DNA of 63,752 nucleotides, counting the filler, from Pelomyxa schiedti (lineage: Eukaryota > Protista > Evosea): assembly GCA_020536535.1 (NCBI GenBank). It is 7 parts of 7 records of this genome, joined end to end, with 100 filler letters (N's around TTAATTAATTAA, not from the genome) between each part and the next. Parts side by side here need not be neighbours in the genome. Positions count along the whole stretch, not along the records: positions 13,031 to 38,719 come from JAHLWZ010001046.1; 6 more parts are not named here. One strand, written 5' to 3'. A program made the translations under genes and the position numbers. Within the stretch, counting starts at the first letter, position 1; each line of letters begins with the position of its first letter. This document shows, piece after piece, positions 24,401-37,168 of the stretch. Below the pieces are notes generated by a model that ran no database searches, had not been told where the DNA came from, and saw nothing but the letters and a program-made list of their open reading frames with translations.

Positions 24401-24673
24401 CCCGCCCCCGCGAGCATTAGGCTTCGTCGTAACCGTTGTTGTTGTTGTTGGTGTTGTTGTTGTTGTGGCGGTGATTGTTGTGACCATCGCAGGCAAGTGA
24501 GTGAGCCTGGCAATGGGCACGAGGGTAGCGACGACGCAGCTGCGACAGATAGTGTGGCCGCATTCGAGAGTGACTGGGTCGCGGTACATGTCCATGCACA
24601 CCCCGCACACAACATCGCCGCCGCCACCAACACCCTCGCTCGGCGCTACGAGGGCCTTGTTGGCGGCCGACAT
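21474..24673 (-). CDS. TRIM-like protein: RING - B-box1 - B-box2 - coiled coil - FN3 - glycine-rich domain
   Basis: RING CGVC..Y.DPVTLECGHTICRSC...CPFRC. B-boxes C..C.SC..FCEPCF..HH...RTH and CPHH...C.C.EPICYLC....H.GH. FN3 TPSTITVQW...GYNV...VAVCAVSLVGSS. Gly-rich AWGAAGG...GGPGGFS..VVGQGG...GGGGSGY...G.NGLVVV. Confidence 0.75.
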
Positions 24674-24738
24674 CGCACTTCCAGTACCGAAGTGCGGGAA
24701 ATCGTACGTTTTTTTTTTTTTTTTTTTGATTCTCCCAT

Positions 24739-27147
24739 ATGCGTGCAACCCTATCGCGGCGAACGGATGCCCAACGAGTCGTACTGCTGTCGCGAGTGGT
24801 GTGGGACATTGTAGTCGAGCCCACGTGGGTGGCTCCGTGCAGCGACTCGCAGCCCCTAACACAAGACACCTGCGTGCAGATCCTGCGGGTGGCCGAGGCC
24901 CTGTTCCCTCTGGTGCCCCGCGCCTGCCGCTCCGTGCTCGCCGCTGCGGCCCCCCAGGTGCGGGACACCCCCTGCCCCGGCGACGGCTACCGCTCCGTCT
25001 CCTACTTCGTGCTCGAGTGCGCCGCGATGGCCGCGGGTGGGGGCCGCCGCGCCGCCGCGGAGGGCGGCGAGGAGTGCAGCCCCGCACCCGCGAACCGCGA
25101 GGGATCAGGCAGGTGCGTGCGGTGGCTCCTGGCCCGCAGGCCGCCGGGGACCAGGAACGTCGGCAAAGAGTCGATGGTGGTGTGGTGGGGGCTGTGCGTG
25201 GGCGGCCACCTCGAAATGGCTCAGGAGTTCGTCGCGGGCGGTCGCGGGGGTGCAGCTGAGGATTTTGGCAATTGTGGGCCGGTGGCAGCTGAAACAACGA
25301 CGAAAACAGAAACCGAAACCGAAACGGAAACGGAAACGAAAGCAACTGCAACAACAAAAAGAATAGTCAAGTGGTGGTGGGAAAGGTGTGGATTGTGTTG
25401 GTGTGCTGCTTGTGGTGGCTCAGTGGGGGAGGAAAACCTCATTGTTAGGGACGAAACCAAGAGAAACTATGCCGATCCTGTGATGCACAAGGCTACGCTT
25501 TTGACTTGTGTGTGCAGCGCTGGGCACCTTGGAGTGGCCAAGTGGATTGTAAAGAGGTTCCGCGTGAAGACGTGGGACTCGTGCGTGCCGTTTTTCGCTG
25601 CTGTCAGAGGTGGTCATCTGGAGGTGGCACAGTGGCTTGCCTGGCGCATTGATGTGAGATTGGCATCAAAAGTGTTGGTGGAACTTGACATCTACCAGGT
25701 TGCTGCGAGCAGTGGGAGTCTAAAGATGATTCAGTGGATCGAGGATGTGTTCCCCCATAAAAGGAATGATGAATATTACGCTGTGATGTCAGACTATCTG
25801 AATCGGTTTCTGGAAAGCAACAAGACCGCAAAAGAGGAAATTGAAGGGTGCAAATGGTTTTTAAATCAGTGCCCAGAGGTGGATTTGGATTTGGATTGGT
25901 TTAGCATCTCCCACAAAACAACTTTGCAATGGGTCATTCAAAACGGATTGACAAAACCATCAAAAGGAAAAGGTTGCTTGTGGAGTGCTTACCACGAAAT
26001 CTGTGATCCAAGTCTTGTTGAGTGGCTCTTTGACAATTACGAGGAGCGCATTAATATGAAGTATGACGACGAATTTTGCCATGTATTCTCAAACAAGAAG
26101 GATAGCGTTGCAGTGGTGAAGTGTATGTTGGAGAGGACCAAGGATGTTCCACCACGTGCCATCGAGCTTTCAATTGAGAGTGCTCTGGAGTATACAAACT
26201 TTGCTGTTGCGGACTGGCTGGAAGCTACATATCACCTCACGAAAAGACCAACAGAAAGAGAAGAAGGACCTGCCCGTTGCATGAAGCAGCTTGTCCTGCA
26301 TGATGTAGCCAGACTTAAACTGCAACCACTACGTGACTCTCCTGCGGCACTAAAATGGTTCCTGCGCCATGTCCCCGTGGGATCGATTGAGCGAGACGAG
26401 GCGATACAGGCAGTCCAGCGGTGCTTGAAACTTCGAGAAGTCAAGAAGGCACTGTTTTTGTTGGAGACATTTCACCTTCCGCGTGGCACCCAAACCCAAA
26501 GAATGTGGAACAAAGTGTTGAAATCTATTCCCGGAACCGACTTCTCCACAGCACCGCAGCTAGCCAAACTTGGTAATTTCACAGAATCAGATATGGCTCA
26601 AATCCTTCCAGAGGCATTGTATTTTCACGATCTCAAGTGGTCAGTGCACTCCAGCAAAGTTCTGAAGTGGTTGATCGAGAGTTACAACGTTACTGCAGAA
26701 CAAGTCAAAGCGAACGAAAATGTGATGTTGTCCACACTGATCACTAAATCCAAGACCGGTGCTGCTGAGTGGCTGATAAAAAAGTTCCACATCACATTGC
26801 CGGAGGTCAGTTACATTTTTTTTTAATTATTAGAATTATAATTAGAATTCTCTTTTATGCCTGATCCACCCAAAAAGGTTCTTGGGATGCACAAACCAGA
26901 GTATATTTCTGAAAGTGCCAGGCTGTCCACGTGGAGAATGTTGCTGAGAGTGTACCCGGAAATGACAGCAGACAATGTCAGAGAGTCCTTACTGTGGATT
27001 GCCACTGCCTCACCATGTAACATGGACCTCTCGATTCGGAAGCTTGGACTCACCAAGGAGGAGATTAAAACACACATCACACCGGAATGGCGTACAGGAA
27101 GTCCTGAAATCCAACTGTGGTATACCATCAAGAATTGCCTGCCTTGA
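24739..27147 (+). CDS. Ankyrin-like repeat protein (lineage-expanded family), one 3' intron
   Basis: 695-aa ORF with CVGGHLEMAQ, CSAGHLGVAKW and VRGGHLEVAQW; continues into 26857..27147; C-terminus homologous to 38820..39172. Contains an (ET)n microsatellite at ~25300-25340. Confidence 0.75.
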
Positions 27148-27852
27148 AGGGGAAAAAAATATTTTTTTGATTGAATTTTACTTTAGGGTTGGTAAGGTGT
27201 GCTCGCAGTTCAACGCCGTTATTCGGATTCGGAAGCTTGCAGTCCTGCCGACAGAATCACAACCAAGAAGAACCCTGGGAACACGGCCAAAATAAAATTT
27301 TGTCAACCTCCACCGTGAAAAGTAACTGGTTTCAGTGCCATCTAACACCATTCAATGTGGGTTACTCTGAGTTATGGGAGTGGATCGCCAAACAAAACTT
27401 TTTTCTCCCATGGGCTTATAACCCGGATCAGTGCCGACGAGGGATTGGTATGCAAGTCCTATGGAACACGTGGAATACGAATCCCCTGAAGTTCTTTTTT
27501 TTTCTCCTTGTTGTTCGCTTCGCTCGCATAAGACCCATCCAAATCAGCCAGATACATTAGCGTAGACCATCACGTAGTGTGAAACACGGCGTGATAATTG
27601 CGGTTTGATCGGAGGTTGCGCGAGGTCGCGTTGAGTCTTTCGTCTAACGGAAACATGTTTTCCGCTGCTTGGCTTTTTCAAAGAATGCTAAGAAAGTGTG
27701 AAACTGCGGTTTAACAAAGAAAAACAAACAAAGATTAAGAAAAATTAAAAAAAAATACACAAGGCAACAGTGCTGCGCGGAGAGATCGCCAACGACAACA
27801 GCAACCATCGAAGACGACACAACACCCGACCCACAATTTTGTTGCGTAACCA

Positions 27853-28899
27853 ATGTCCACCAAGAAAGGAGGTCGCGGGCGATCGGAGAGCGACGCTGCC
27901 GCCGCGGCTGCCGCACACACGTCGGCCGCGCACTCGTCAACATTGTCGTCAACTACTGAACCAACGGAAGGTGGTGTTGTACAAACTGACGATGACGGCA
28001 AAAAGTTTGATAACTACAAAGTTGTGCTGATAGGTTTCTGACTTTTTTTTTTAAAAAAAACCAAACCCACTCAAACTGCGAACACAAATGGCACAAAACA
28101 AGAAAGCTCTTAATTAATAATATACTGATTGCGTTAAAAGGAGAGGGAGGTGTTGGGAAAAGCGCTATGACTATTGTCTTCACTCAAGACATGTTTATAA
28201 CTGGTATGTGAAAGCAAATCACACTAGCTCAACACTAACACCCTTTAGAGTATGATCCCACAATTGAGAATGTCTATCAAAAAAATATCACTGTTGATGA
28301 ACAAATTTGCGTTTTGGGTATTTTCCTTTTAGATTAGTTTCCAAATATAACCCGCCAAAGATATTCTTGACACAGCTGGTCAAGAAGAATTCAGCTCCAT
28401 GGTACTGCCTTCTTTTTCTTGAACTATCACTTCTTACGTAATATGTAGCGGGAGGCCTATTTCAGACAAGGACACGGATTCCTTCTAGTCTGGAGTGTTA
28501 TTGATAGGTTCAGCTTTACAGCAGCAGCCGAGTCCTACAAAAAGATTTTGAGAGTGAAGGAAAGCGAATCTTACCCAATTGTATTTTGCGCAAACAAGGC
28601 GGACATGACTGCAACACGCTGTGTAACGCAAGCGGAAGGAGAGGCCTTCGCGAAGAATTCCGGAAACTGTCCTTACTATGAGGTAGTTCCCCTGTTATTT
28701 CCGCAGCATTTTGTTTATTTTGAAACACCAGACCTCCGCCAAATTGCGTCAGAATATTGATGCTGTGTTCTACCAGCTCGTGAGAGAAATGCGCAAATAT
28801 ACATCCGGACACACGGACCTTGTTGCTGATGGTGAGAGCCGGCCGGAGTATGTCAGCAAGAAACAAAAGAAAAAACGAGGAAAGTGTGCCTTCCTGTGA
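27853..28899 (+). CDS. Ras-family small GTPase
   Basis: YKVVLIG|EGGVGKS, EYDPTIE, DILDTAGQEEF, ANKAD, TSAK, and polybasic tail plus CAAX (KKQKKKRGKCAFL). Confidence 0.93.
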
Positions 28900-29137
28900 G
28901 AACCCTGCCTATTGCGAGCATTTTGTTTTTATATGTGGGAAAAAACGTTTTATACAAAAAGTAGCTTCACTACTGGGGGAAATACTCCCCCCCCAATAGA
29001 AAGTATTGCTGTTTGAGGTTCTATCCTATTCCAGTCTTCTGCTGCCAAAAGGTCCCTGTAACACTCCCTCTCAGCCCAATCAAGATCCGTAAAACAAAAA
29101 ATTAAATCAAAAAAAAAACGAACTTTGCACCTGATCA

Positions 29138-31339
29138 ATGCATCAGCCACGACCACCGCCTGACAATGCTGTGTGTTGACAGCAAATAAATAAACATATT
29201 ATCTGTCGACTTCTCACAAGACTTGTTTGTTTTTCTCTGGGTTTTTTTTTCCCCTTTGGGCACAACGTGAAGCCTACGCCGTTGCTTCAACAGAACCAGC
29301 AATTGATGCAGTTGGTGCAACAACTGCGGCAGCAAAATCAGCAGCAAGTTGGGTGTGCTTGGTTTTGCATGTGCTTGTTTCGTTGTTTGCCCTGCCTCCT
29401 AAGGCATTCAATTTGATGGGGTCTAACTCACGCTTCCAAGGCAGCAGAGATTGCCAACACAAAGAGTAAACTTGCTGCTGAAGAAGCCAGGGCTTTGGAG
29501 GTACTAAAAATTGGCCAACCTATCAAACAATGAATAGCAAACAGTAACTAATATGATCACATATTGTAGCTGGAGAAGTTGATGGAACCTGCAATGCGAG
29601 CCTGGGGTCTGTGCAAACAAAAACTTGAAAAAGACACAAAAGTACAAAGGCCACTCTTTAACATTTGCATTTAATATTTTGTTGAAAGGACTTCCAAACC
29701 AAATTGCGAGAGCAAGAAATGAATTTTCGTAGTATTATTTCAACACTCGAATCACAGTTAAGCAGTGTCCGGTCACATGAAGAAGCTTTGAAAACTAAGT
29801 AACAATCACATTTTTTTTTTACATAACTTCCTGAAAACCAAAGGAATGAGCAACTTACCGCACAATTATCACAAATATCAGCAGAAAGGGATAACTTGCA
29901 AAAGGTATTTCTTGTTTATTTTTGCGTTCTCCAATTTTCTTAAGACTGTGGAAAGTCTTTCTTCCCAAGTTATCAAGCTGGAGACAGATGTGTGTAGATA
30001 CAAAAGGGAATGTAACCCACGTGCTGATGAAGCGAGGGTTGGAAAACCAACCAGTCAAAATATAGATGTGTGTTATCCTTTACTCACAATTTGTGAGGCT
30101 TAACTTTTATAGAATGTATTACTGACCAAGTCAAGCACTCAATCAGTAAACCTCCAAGCATCTACACTTGCTCTGTTTCCTAAAGCTACTTCTCCACCCC
30201 AAGACAACTCTTTTTCAATATCGGCTCCCACACTTTCAACTTCTGCTTTTCCATCTGCCTCACCCACACCAAACTATTCATTCCCCCCAACACCCACTGC
30301 TTCCCCCACAAAAGTAAACTCACTTCTTCTTACACCGAAATCCCCCTCCGGCACTGTAAATATAAAAGACACCACCTTCCCTGGAGCTGAAGTTACCAAA
30401 AGTTCTCCAAAGAGCACCCCAGAATATTCTCCAACGCCACCTTCACCTCCGGCGCCACCACCACCGCCTCCTCCCCCTCCTCATGTAGCACCAGCACCAT
30501 TTTTGCACCCGCCAGAATCTCCAGTTATACTATCCACCACTTCAACACCCACTAAGCCAGCGTCAGCCGCGGTACCTGACACAGCAGATGAAGATACAAA
30601 GCGCGAGGGCTGCACAAAAACTCCAGCACAGGTATGATGCCTTATTTGGTCTAATAACTTGCTCATTAAAATGGAAGCTCCGACATCTGCTTGGTCTTTT
30701 GATAAAAGATTCTGATCAGATACCACAAACCCCCGATAATCAGCAGCATTGTATCACCCTCTTCATGGAGAAATTTGCCAAGTAAGGTCATTTTATTTAC
30801 TGTGTTACTGACGGTCCAAGAAACTTCTCTGCTCTGGAGAACCTGATCCTCCAGTACCCTTTCCTAGTTAGGGAGCACCCACAGCAGCCAGTTACATGCT
30901 TCAAGAAGATGTCAGCATGGGAAACAGCACTTTTTGCGGAGATGAAACCAGTTGATGCGGCCAACCTCAGGAAAGCAAAATCAATAGAAATAACAAGGAC
31001 AGCACCAGCAGAGGTTCCCGGTATGGGCAACATCCATGCTAACACCCAAAACCAAAATCTCACAATTATTTTATCCAGAACTGGCAAAAAGAATAGCAGC
31101 ACTTATCAAAAGCAAGCAAACTGCACAAGCAATACAAAAGAAGCAAGCGAACACAGGCCAAGTGTTTGGCTCTGTCCTTGAAGACATTCGCCGCCGTGGC
31201 CAAGCTGAAGAACTCAAACGGCAGGCTGCAATGCAGGTTTGTTGGATTTTCCCCTTTCTAGTGAATATATTTACAACTTAATACCAATAACCTGTGCCTT
31301 TAGAGAACTGTGTCAGCAGACGAGGATGGCGACATTTGA
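29138..31339 (+). CDS. Coiled-coil / polyproline protein with possible C-terminal WH2-like motif
   Basis: Multi-exon. N-terminal Q-rich coiled coil, PPPPPPP tract at ~30450-30480, C-terminal VLEDIRRRG. Start is uncertain. Confidence 0.5.
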
Positions 31340-31434
31340 TTTTTTTTCAATTAATAGAACTTACCGTTTTTGTGCTTTTTCCATCTCAGATTTTATTGTT
31401 GACTTCTTCTATTCGACTTTTTTTTCGGACTTTG

Positions 31435-33886
31435 ATGGTTGTTCGGGGGATTGGCTTTGTTGCGAGTGTCGTGGACCACGGTGGCAGTAGTTCCCTGCAT
31501 GACCAATTGGTTTTGTGTTCTTCAACCACAACATGTTCACTAAGAAATGATATGACGGCACCAGGTGGAGGAGCTTCGTGTCTCTTTGTCGAGATTAAGA
31601 GGAGGCGGAAATGCGACCATGAAGAATATTACTTTGGCGCTTGGTGACTCTTTGTTGGTTGTCACATGTGTTTGTGTTGGAGATCCTGCGTATATCGATG
31701 AAACTACGTTTCTGGCATTAGATTCGGTAATGATTGACGTAGAATACTTTGATTTTGTTTGCAGCCACTCTTTCCTCTAAAAGTCTGATAGAATTGCAAA
31801 TTAGACTTTCCAGTGTGGTGTGAAGAAGTCCTAGCTGATCCCATTGGGGGATCTAGCAGGCTTGCTGGGGCTTGGTCTTTCCTACTACTTAAGGTATGAT
31901 TGTTTTGCATAATAATATGCTCACACCATAAAAGGGAACACGAGTTGTGGTAGGTAAAGATGCTCTTGGTATGCACAGCCTCTTGTTTGGTCTGCCACAA
32001 CAACGAACCGAGTCAGGGTAAGTATAAAAGAATCAAATTGAACCTGAGATTTAAAGATGTAACCCACTACTGTGCATTACTTCTGTGGCACCGGCACTTC
32101 CCACAGCTTCACAATCCATGTTTCACTTGTGGTCTTGGAAAGAAATACCAACCTATGGAATCTTTTCCATGGATCTTAGAAATATTGTACCACCAGGAGC
32201 TGTGTTGTCGTCTCCAAATGCTCACGATTCCATTTCAAACACAACCAGTACTACCACAACCTCAACCACACATCCAGAAATTACCCCAACTGAACCAGTA
32301 CTCACTGTGGATTTGAAGTATTTCCAGTGCCTTTACTACGAAACTGGTTCGTCACCTCACATTGCTCATGTAAGATACCTAAGCATTCCATCAACCTAAC
32401 ATACACAGTATTCAACCTTTTTTGGCTCTAGAACACCTGAACACCTGGAACCAACATCTACAGAAAATCCCCTTGACACGGTTCTATTGTCTGTGTTCTG
32501 ACCCTTCTTTATTCACATCAAATCAGGATTTTGTGCAAGGCCTTCTTACTTCCTTAATCGCAGCAGTATCCAGTTGTTTGGCTCATGTGGATTTAGTATC
32601 TCCCAAACTACCATCAACAAGTGCAGCCAATACTCCAAGAATTGCTATGCTATTTAGTGGTGGTGTTGACTCGAGTGTTGTAGCAGCATTGCTTGATCGG
32701 TACCCTGTTGATTTCTTCCATTTCCATTTCTCAGATTTGAAGATGCTTGCCTCCAGGTGAATCTGTAGAATTGATCAATGTCGCGTTTGGAGAGGATGCT
32801 CCTGATAGGTTCTTATCATAAAAAGTTGTAAAAGTTGTCACTTCATCAGACAAACTGGTCTACATTCTCTTGAAGAGTTAAGGGCGATTTCCAAGCGAAA
32901 TTGGATCTTTGTTAAAGTCTTCCCCTCATTTTTTTTTTTGAAGAGTGATGAATAACAGGTGGACATCACTCAAGAAGAAATGCAACAGGTTTTACCGCAA
33001 GTTGTACACCTCTCACACCCAAATTCTACTATCATGGACGCCTGTATATCTGCAGCAATTTGGTTTGGAGCACGTGGTATTGGTATGAACGCTGTTACAG
33101 AAAGAAAACCTCCTTATAAAAACAAGGTACTGTTCAGGACACTGACGGAAATGAGATTCGTAATCTCCCCAAGTCCTGTAACAAAAATAATTTTTTCCGC
33201 AGCCTACACGTCCAAATGCACCACGCTATTTCTGGGACAAGGCTCTGACGAACAATTTGCAGGTACCTGCCATCCCAACCTTCAATAACTTGTTGATTTG
33301 ATAATTCTAGGCTACAGCAGGCATCGTGGAGCATTCCAGAGAGCAGGCTGGAAAGCCTTGAATGAAGAAATGCAAAAAGACTTTAATAGATTGTGGACAA
33401 GAAATTTTGGTTTTGCCCATTAACTGGGATTATGCCTGCTTCTCACGCCCAAGACAGGTAGGGATGACAGAATTCTGTCTTTTCACGGAAAAGATGTATA
33501 TCTGCCCTTCCTTGTATGCATTTTCTTGACTCTCAGAGTGAGCCTCTTTTAGTCTAATATTCACCAGGACCCAAATGTTGTCCGTTACGTCAACTCACTT
33601 CCGCTGTGGCAAGTGTGTGACGTACGGCTGCCCCCAGGAACAGGTGACAAAAGAATTCTAAGAGAGGTACCTCAACAACCTCACCGCTCCCACCCAACTC
33701 ACGAGAATAAAGGTGGCCCGGCAACTGGGCCTCACTGACAGCGCTAGGGCAGTCAAAAGAGCAATACAATTCGGTTCCCGAATTTCCAAGAGGTTCAAAG
33801 AAGCTCTCCACATGTCATGCAAGAACTCCCGCACCTGTGGCAAAGATGCCTTTGTCCTCGACGAGAGACCACCCGATGACGAGTGA
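31435..33886 (+). CDS. ASNSD1: Asparagine synthetase domain-containing protein 1-like
   Basis: LFSGGVDSS, ELINVAF, APDR, WFGARG, GQGSDEQFAG|YSRH, RLWTRNF|GRDDR, LPFL|D, GDKRILR, KRAIQFGSR. Confidence 0.88.
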
Positions 33887-33986
33887 ATCGTCTCCTCCCC
33901 CATTAATGGGTTTTAAATAACCTCGAGGTGATACGACCCCCGGTTTCATAGAACGACAACAAATAAACAAAACCAAAGCCATAAAA

Positions 33987-35008
33987 ATGATGCACGGACC
34001 AGGGTGTTCAGCTGAGAGGCTGGACTTGCCATACAGTCACGGATCAGTACGTACCCATCATCTTCACTAGCTGGACCGTGTTTTGTTCGTTAGTTAGTTT
34101 GTCACGAGTCGTTGTCAGTTGAGTGACTCTACCTGTCAAACAAAAGGGGAGGAGAGGAATTAGGCAGGAACCGGGGGAAGGCAAAGGGAAGAAGGGACCC
34201 GAGGATGGGATATTCTGGGGTTGCTCTTTTTACTTTGAGGGCTACACTGACAATGTATCCGCGTATCATTTGAGGAAGCTGGTGTTATCGAATGGTGGCT
34301 CTGTGCAGTACGAATCCTATTCTAATATTACTTACTTATTTTATTATTTTTTTTGTTTTCCAAGTGTGTACACTGATACCTTTCCCTCTCTTGTTTTTAC
34401 CCCTTTTTTTTTGTTTTGTTAAGAATCACACCACTACCAGGAGGTGGTTCAGTAAGAGCTTGGTGTCACACGTGATATGCACTGGAATGTCAGCATCCAA
34501 AATGCACAAAATCATATCATCATCCCCCAGTGCCAGAAGCAGAGCCTGTGGACCAGTTATGGTTACACCTGGGTGGATTTTAGCCTCATGCAAAGCTGGT
34601 GCTCTTGCCCCTCTATGGGACTACAGGCCCGAAATTCTCGGCTGTGAAAACCGTGATGATACTAACTCACAAGAACCACCACCCCAACCCTTATCAACAC
34701 AATCAAACACCACAACCACAACCACATTCCCACAGGCTTCTTTTTCCTCCGGAGGTTCAAACTACCCTCTGTGCTCTGAACTGGAACTAGCCACAGCTTC
34801 ATTCTATTCATCACTGCCTCAACACCCCACTACACCTTCAACACCCACTCCTTCTGTTGTACTTGTTACAAGCTTTACACGTAGTTCCGAGGAGAAGACG
34901 TGCAACAAATTCTTTGCTCAGCCCCTTGACAATGAACCCCGGAAACACTCAAGCCAACCACTGCTCACAAAATCACTTTCTGTAGCACAATCAATTCTAA
35001 AAATTTGA
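33987..35008 (+). CDS. BRCT-domain protein (Rev1-type BRCT)
   Basis: IFWGCSFYFEGYT...LRKLVLSNGG, VSHVIC, VTPGWILASCKAG..APLWDY. Start is uncertain. Confidence 0.7.
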
Positions 35009-35029
35009 TACAATCAACACTTTTCCTCT

Positions 35030-36194
35030 TTATTTCCCGTTGATAGAGGATACAACACCATCTCTTATTTGTATTGCACCAGTGTTGGAAAAATATGCAT
35101 AGGATATCCCAACATCAATTAGCCATAAGGAGCCTCCACAGGCTTCAGTTACTTCGTTCTAAAAAAAAAAACGCATAAGAAGTAATTTGTACAAAGGTAA
35201 AAAACCTGTACAGTGTGTCCAACAACCATTCTGTCCAAGTTCAGAATATCAAGGGTTTCTCTGACGGATTTACAGTCACCATATGCAATGTCCCGAGTCC
35301 ACAATGTACCATTGATACCCAATAACCATGAATAGTCTGGGGCTTTCTTGGATTTCCTGTTTGGAACGTCACCCGCTGCTTGTCGTAGCTCCATGTTGAT
35401 TAATTCATTTGCATGGTCCACGCCAAGTTTAGCCACTACTGGCATAAGTCCAGCATGGACAAACAGAGTCCGATCCTCTACTATAATGGCTTTCATTTCG
35501 GAACGGATCCATTTCCCATATTTTCCTTCTGCAGAAAAGGCTGCTTTCCTTTTTGCACTGCCACCAAATTGTTGAATATCCCTCACTGAAACATACCGCC
35601 AGTCACCAAGAACATTCATTAACTAGAGAAAAATGTGAGTCAACCAAGCAGAGGTGCTTTTTACCCTATCTAGGATACTAACATACTTCATGGTTTCCAA
35701 GAACAAACCTAATAGCCCCCCCTACTCAATTCCATTATTAAAAAAAAAAAAACCCCAATGTTTCATGGATATCTCAAATTAAAATGAAAGAATTTACTCT
35801 GAGGTAAGGGGTGGCCCCCAAACACACCCTTCTTTTTGGCCTGGTCAGCAAAGTCCATGAAAAAATCCAAAACTTGCATGGAGTAGTCACCCCTGTCTAC
35901 CAAGTCTCCCATTTGAACCAGCACAGAATCACCCCCTGTCCAGGCCCCTGTGGATTCTCCCATAACTCCGATAGCCCTCAGCACCCTCTTGGTGCCCTCC
36001 AAGTCGCCGTGCAAGTCCCCAACCGCGAAAATTACGCGCTGCGGGCGGCTGTGTTCTTTAATGATGGTGTTGCCTCGTTGGTTGTTCTGCTGATATTCTC
36101 GGCCTCTCGAGGTGCCAAGCACCTCATACAAAAGCAAAATCGAGACTGCAACCACAACACCGCCTCCTGCTAATTTCCCCAATGATCGCATCAT
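35030..36194 (-). CDS. Shewanella-like protein phosphatase (calcineurin-like metallophosphoesterase) with N-terminal membrane anchor
   Basis: GDLHGD, QMGDLVDRG, LGNHE, FVHAG, RMVVGHTVQ, IDVGIS. Confidence 0.85.
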
Positions 36195-36840
36195 CAATGA
36201 GCACCCTTTTCTGAGAAAGGATCAAAAACTCTATCCCAAGAAGCTTCTCGTCGTACTCCTCCACGCGCCTCCGTCTAACGTGCACTTAGACGAGTTCCTC
36301 TAGAAGAGGAAGTTGAACAAACAGTACTCCCATGCTTTTGGGAATCAGTTCCGAAAGCAGAGTGAAAGACGAACCCCGAGAGATGTTACAAGCGAGCGAA
36401 GTCCTTAAGATCGTTTCTCTTATTTCAATAACTTCTGAGCGTTGTGTGGTGATGTCATGGAGACTGCTTACAGAACTATAGCCGATTTGTGTGAGTCTGG
36501 TTTAGGTCTGCTGGATGTGGGTTCTGAGACGGCCTACAAGAGGAATCATCTTGTTGTGAGGAGTGATGGAGGACGGATCCAGGAATCTTGATGCGGTGAA
36601 TGGGCGCCAAGGCGGCCAACTAATTATGGTAATTCACGGAAAAGAGTGAGTTCAAGCTAACACGCACCAGCCAACCGACCCACCTTATAAACCCCTCTGT
36701 CTCGGGTAATTAGTTAAGACAAAGTTGTCATATAAAACATCTAACACACATGACTACGACAACACTATTCAGCCCACAACGTCCCTCTCCCATCCCGTCC
36801 CGCTATGTGGACGTCGAATAAGATTGGGGGGAAAAATGAA

Positions 36841-36912
36841 TGGCCCCGCTCAGAATCGAACTGAGATCAAGAGAGCCAAAATCTCCCATACTAACCATTA
36901 TACTACGGAGCC
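36841..36912 (-). tRNA. tRNA-Gln (anticodon TTG)
   Basis: GGCTCCG/CGGGGCC acceptor stem, D arm GTAT-AATGGTTA-GTAT, anticodon arm GGAGA-TT[TTG]GC-TCTCT, T arm CTCAG-TTCGATT-CTGAG, followed by a T-run terminator. Confidence 0.93.
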
Positions 36913-37168
36913 TTCGCAGTTTGGTGTGTCGTGAACAGAGTTCCTTCTGCTGCCATCTTCTTTCCAAGAAAGAAAAGGATGGCTCATCCCACACTTTTAG
37001 TCCCCTGAAGGAGTGTGTTGTTCCACAGCCATTCCAGTGTTCCACTTCGCCCTTGAACGGTGGCTCTTTTCTCTCATATGTCCACAATCCTTCAATTGCC
37101 GTAGTTGCGAATGTTAGAACAAGGAACATCGAAGAAAAAGGAAAAGAACAGGTGGATAAACTAACAAA

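Noticed and set aside
36290-36720. Possible structured ncRNA between the phosphatase and the tRNA
   Set aside because: I could not identify complete RNase P/MRP, SRP or snRNA motifs by eye.
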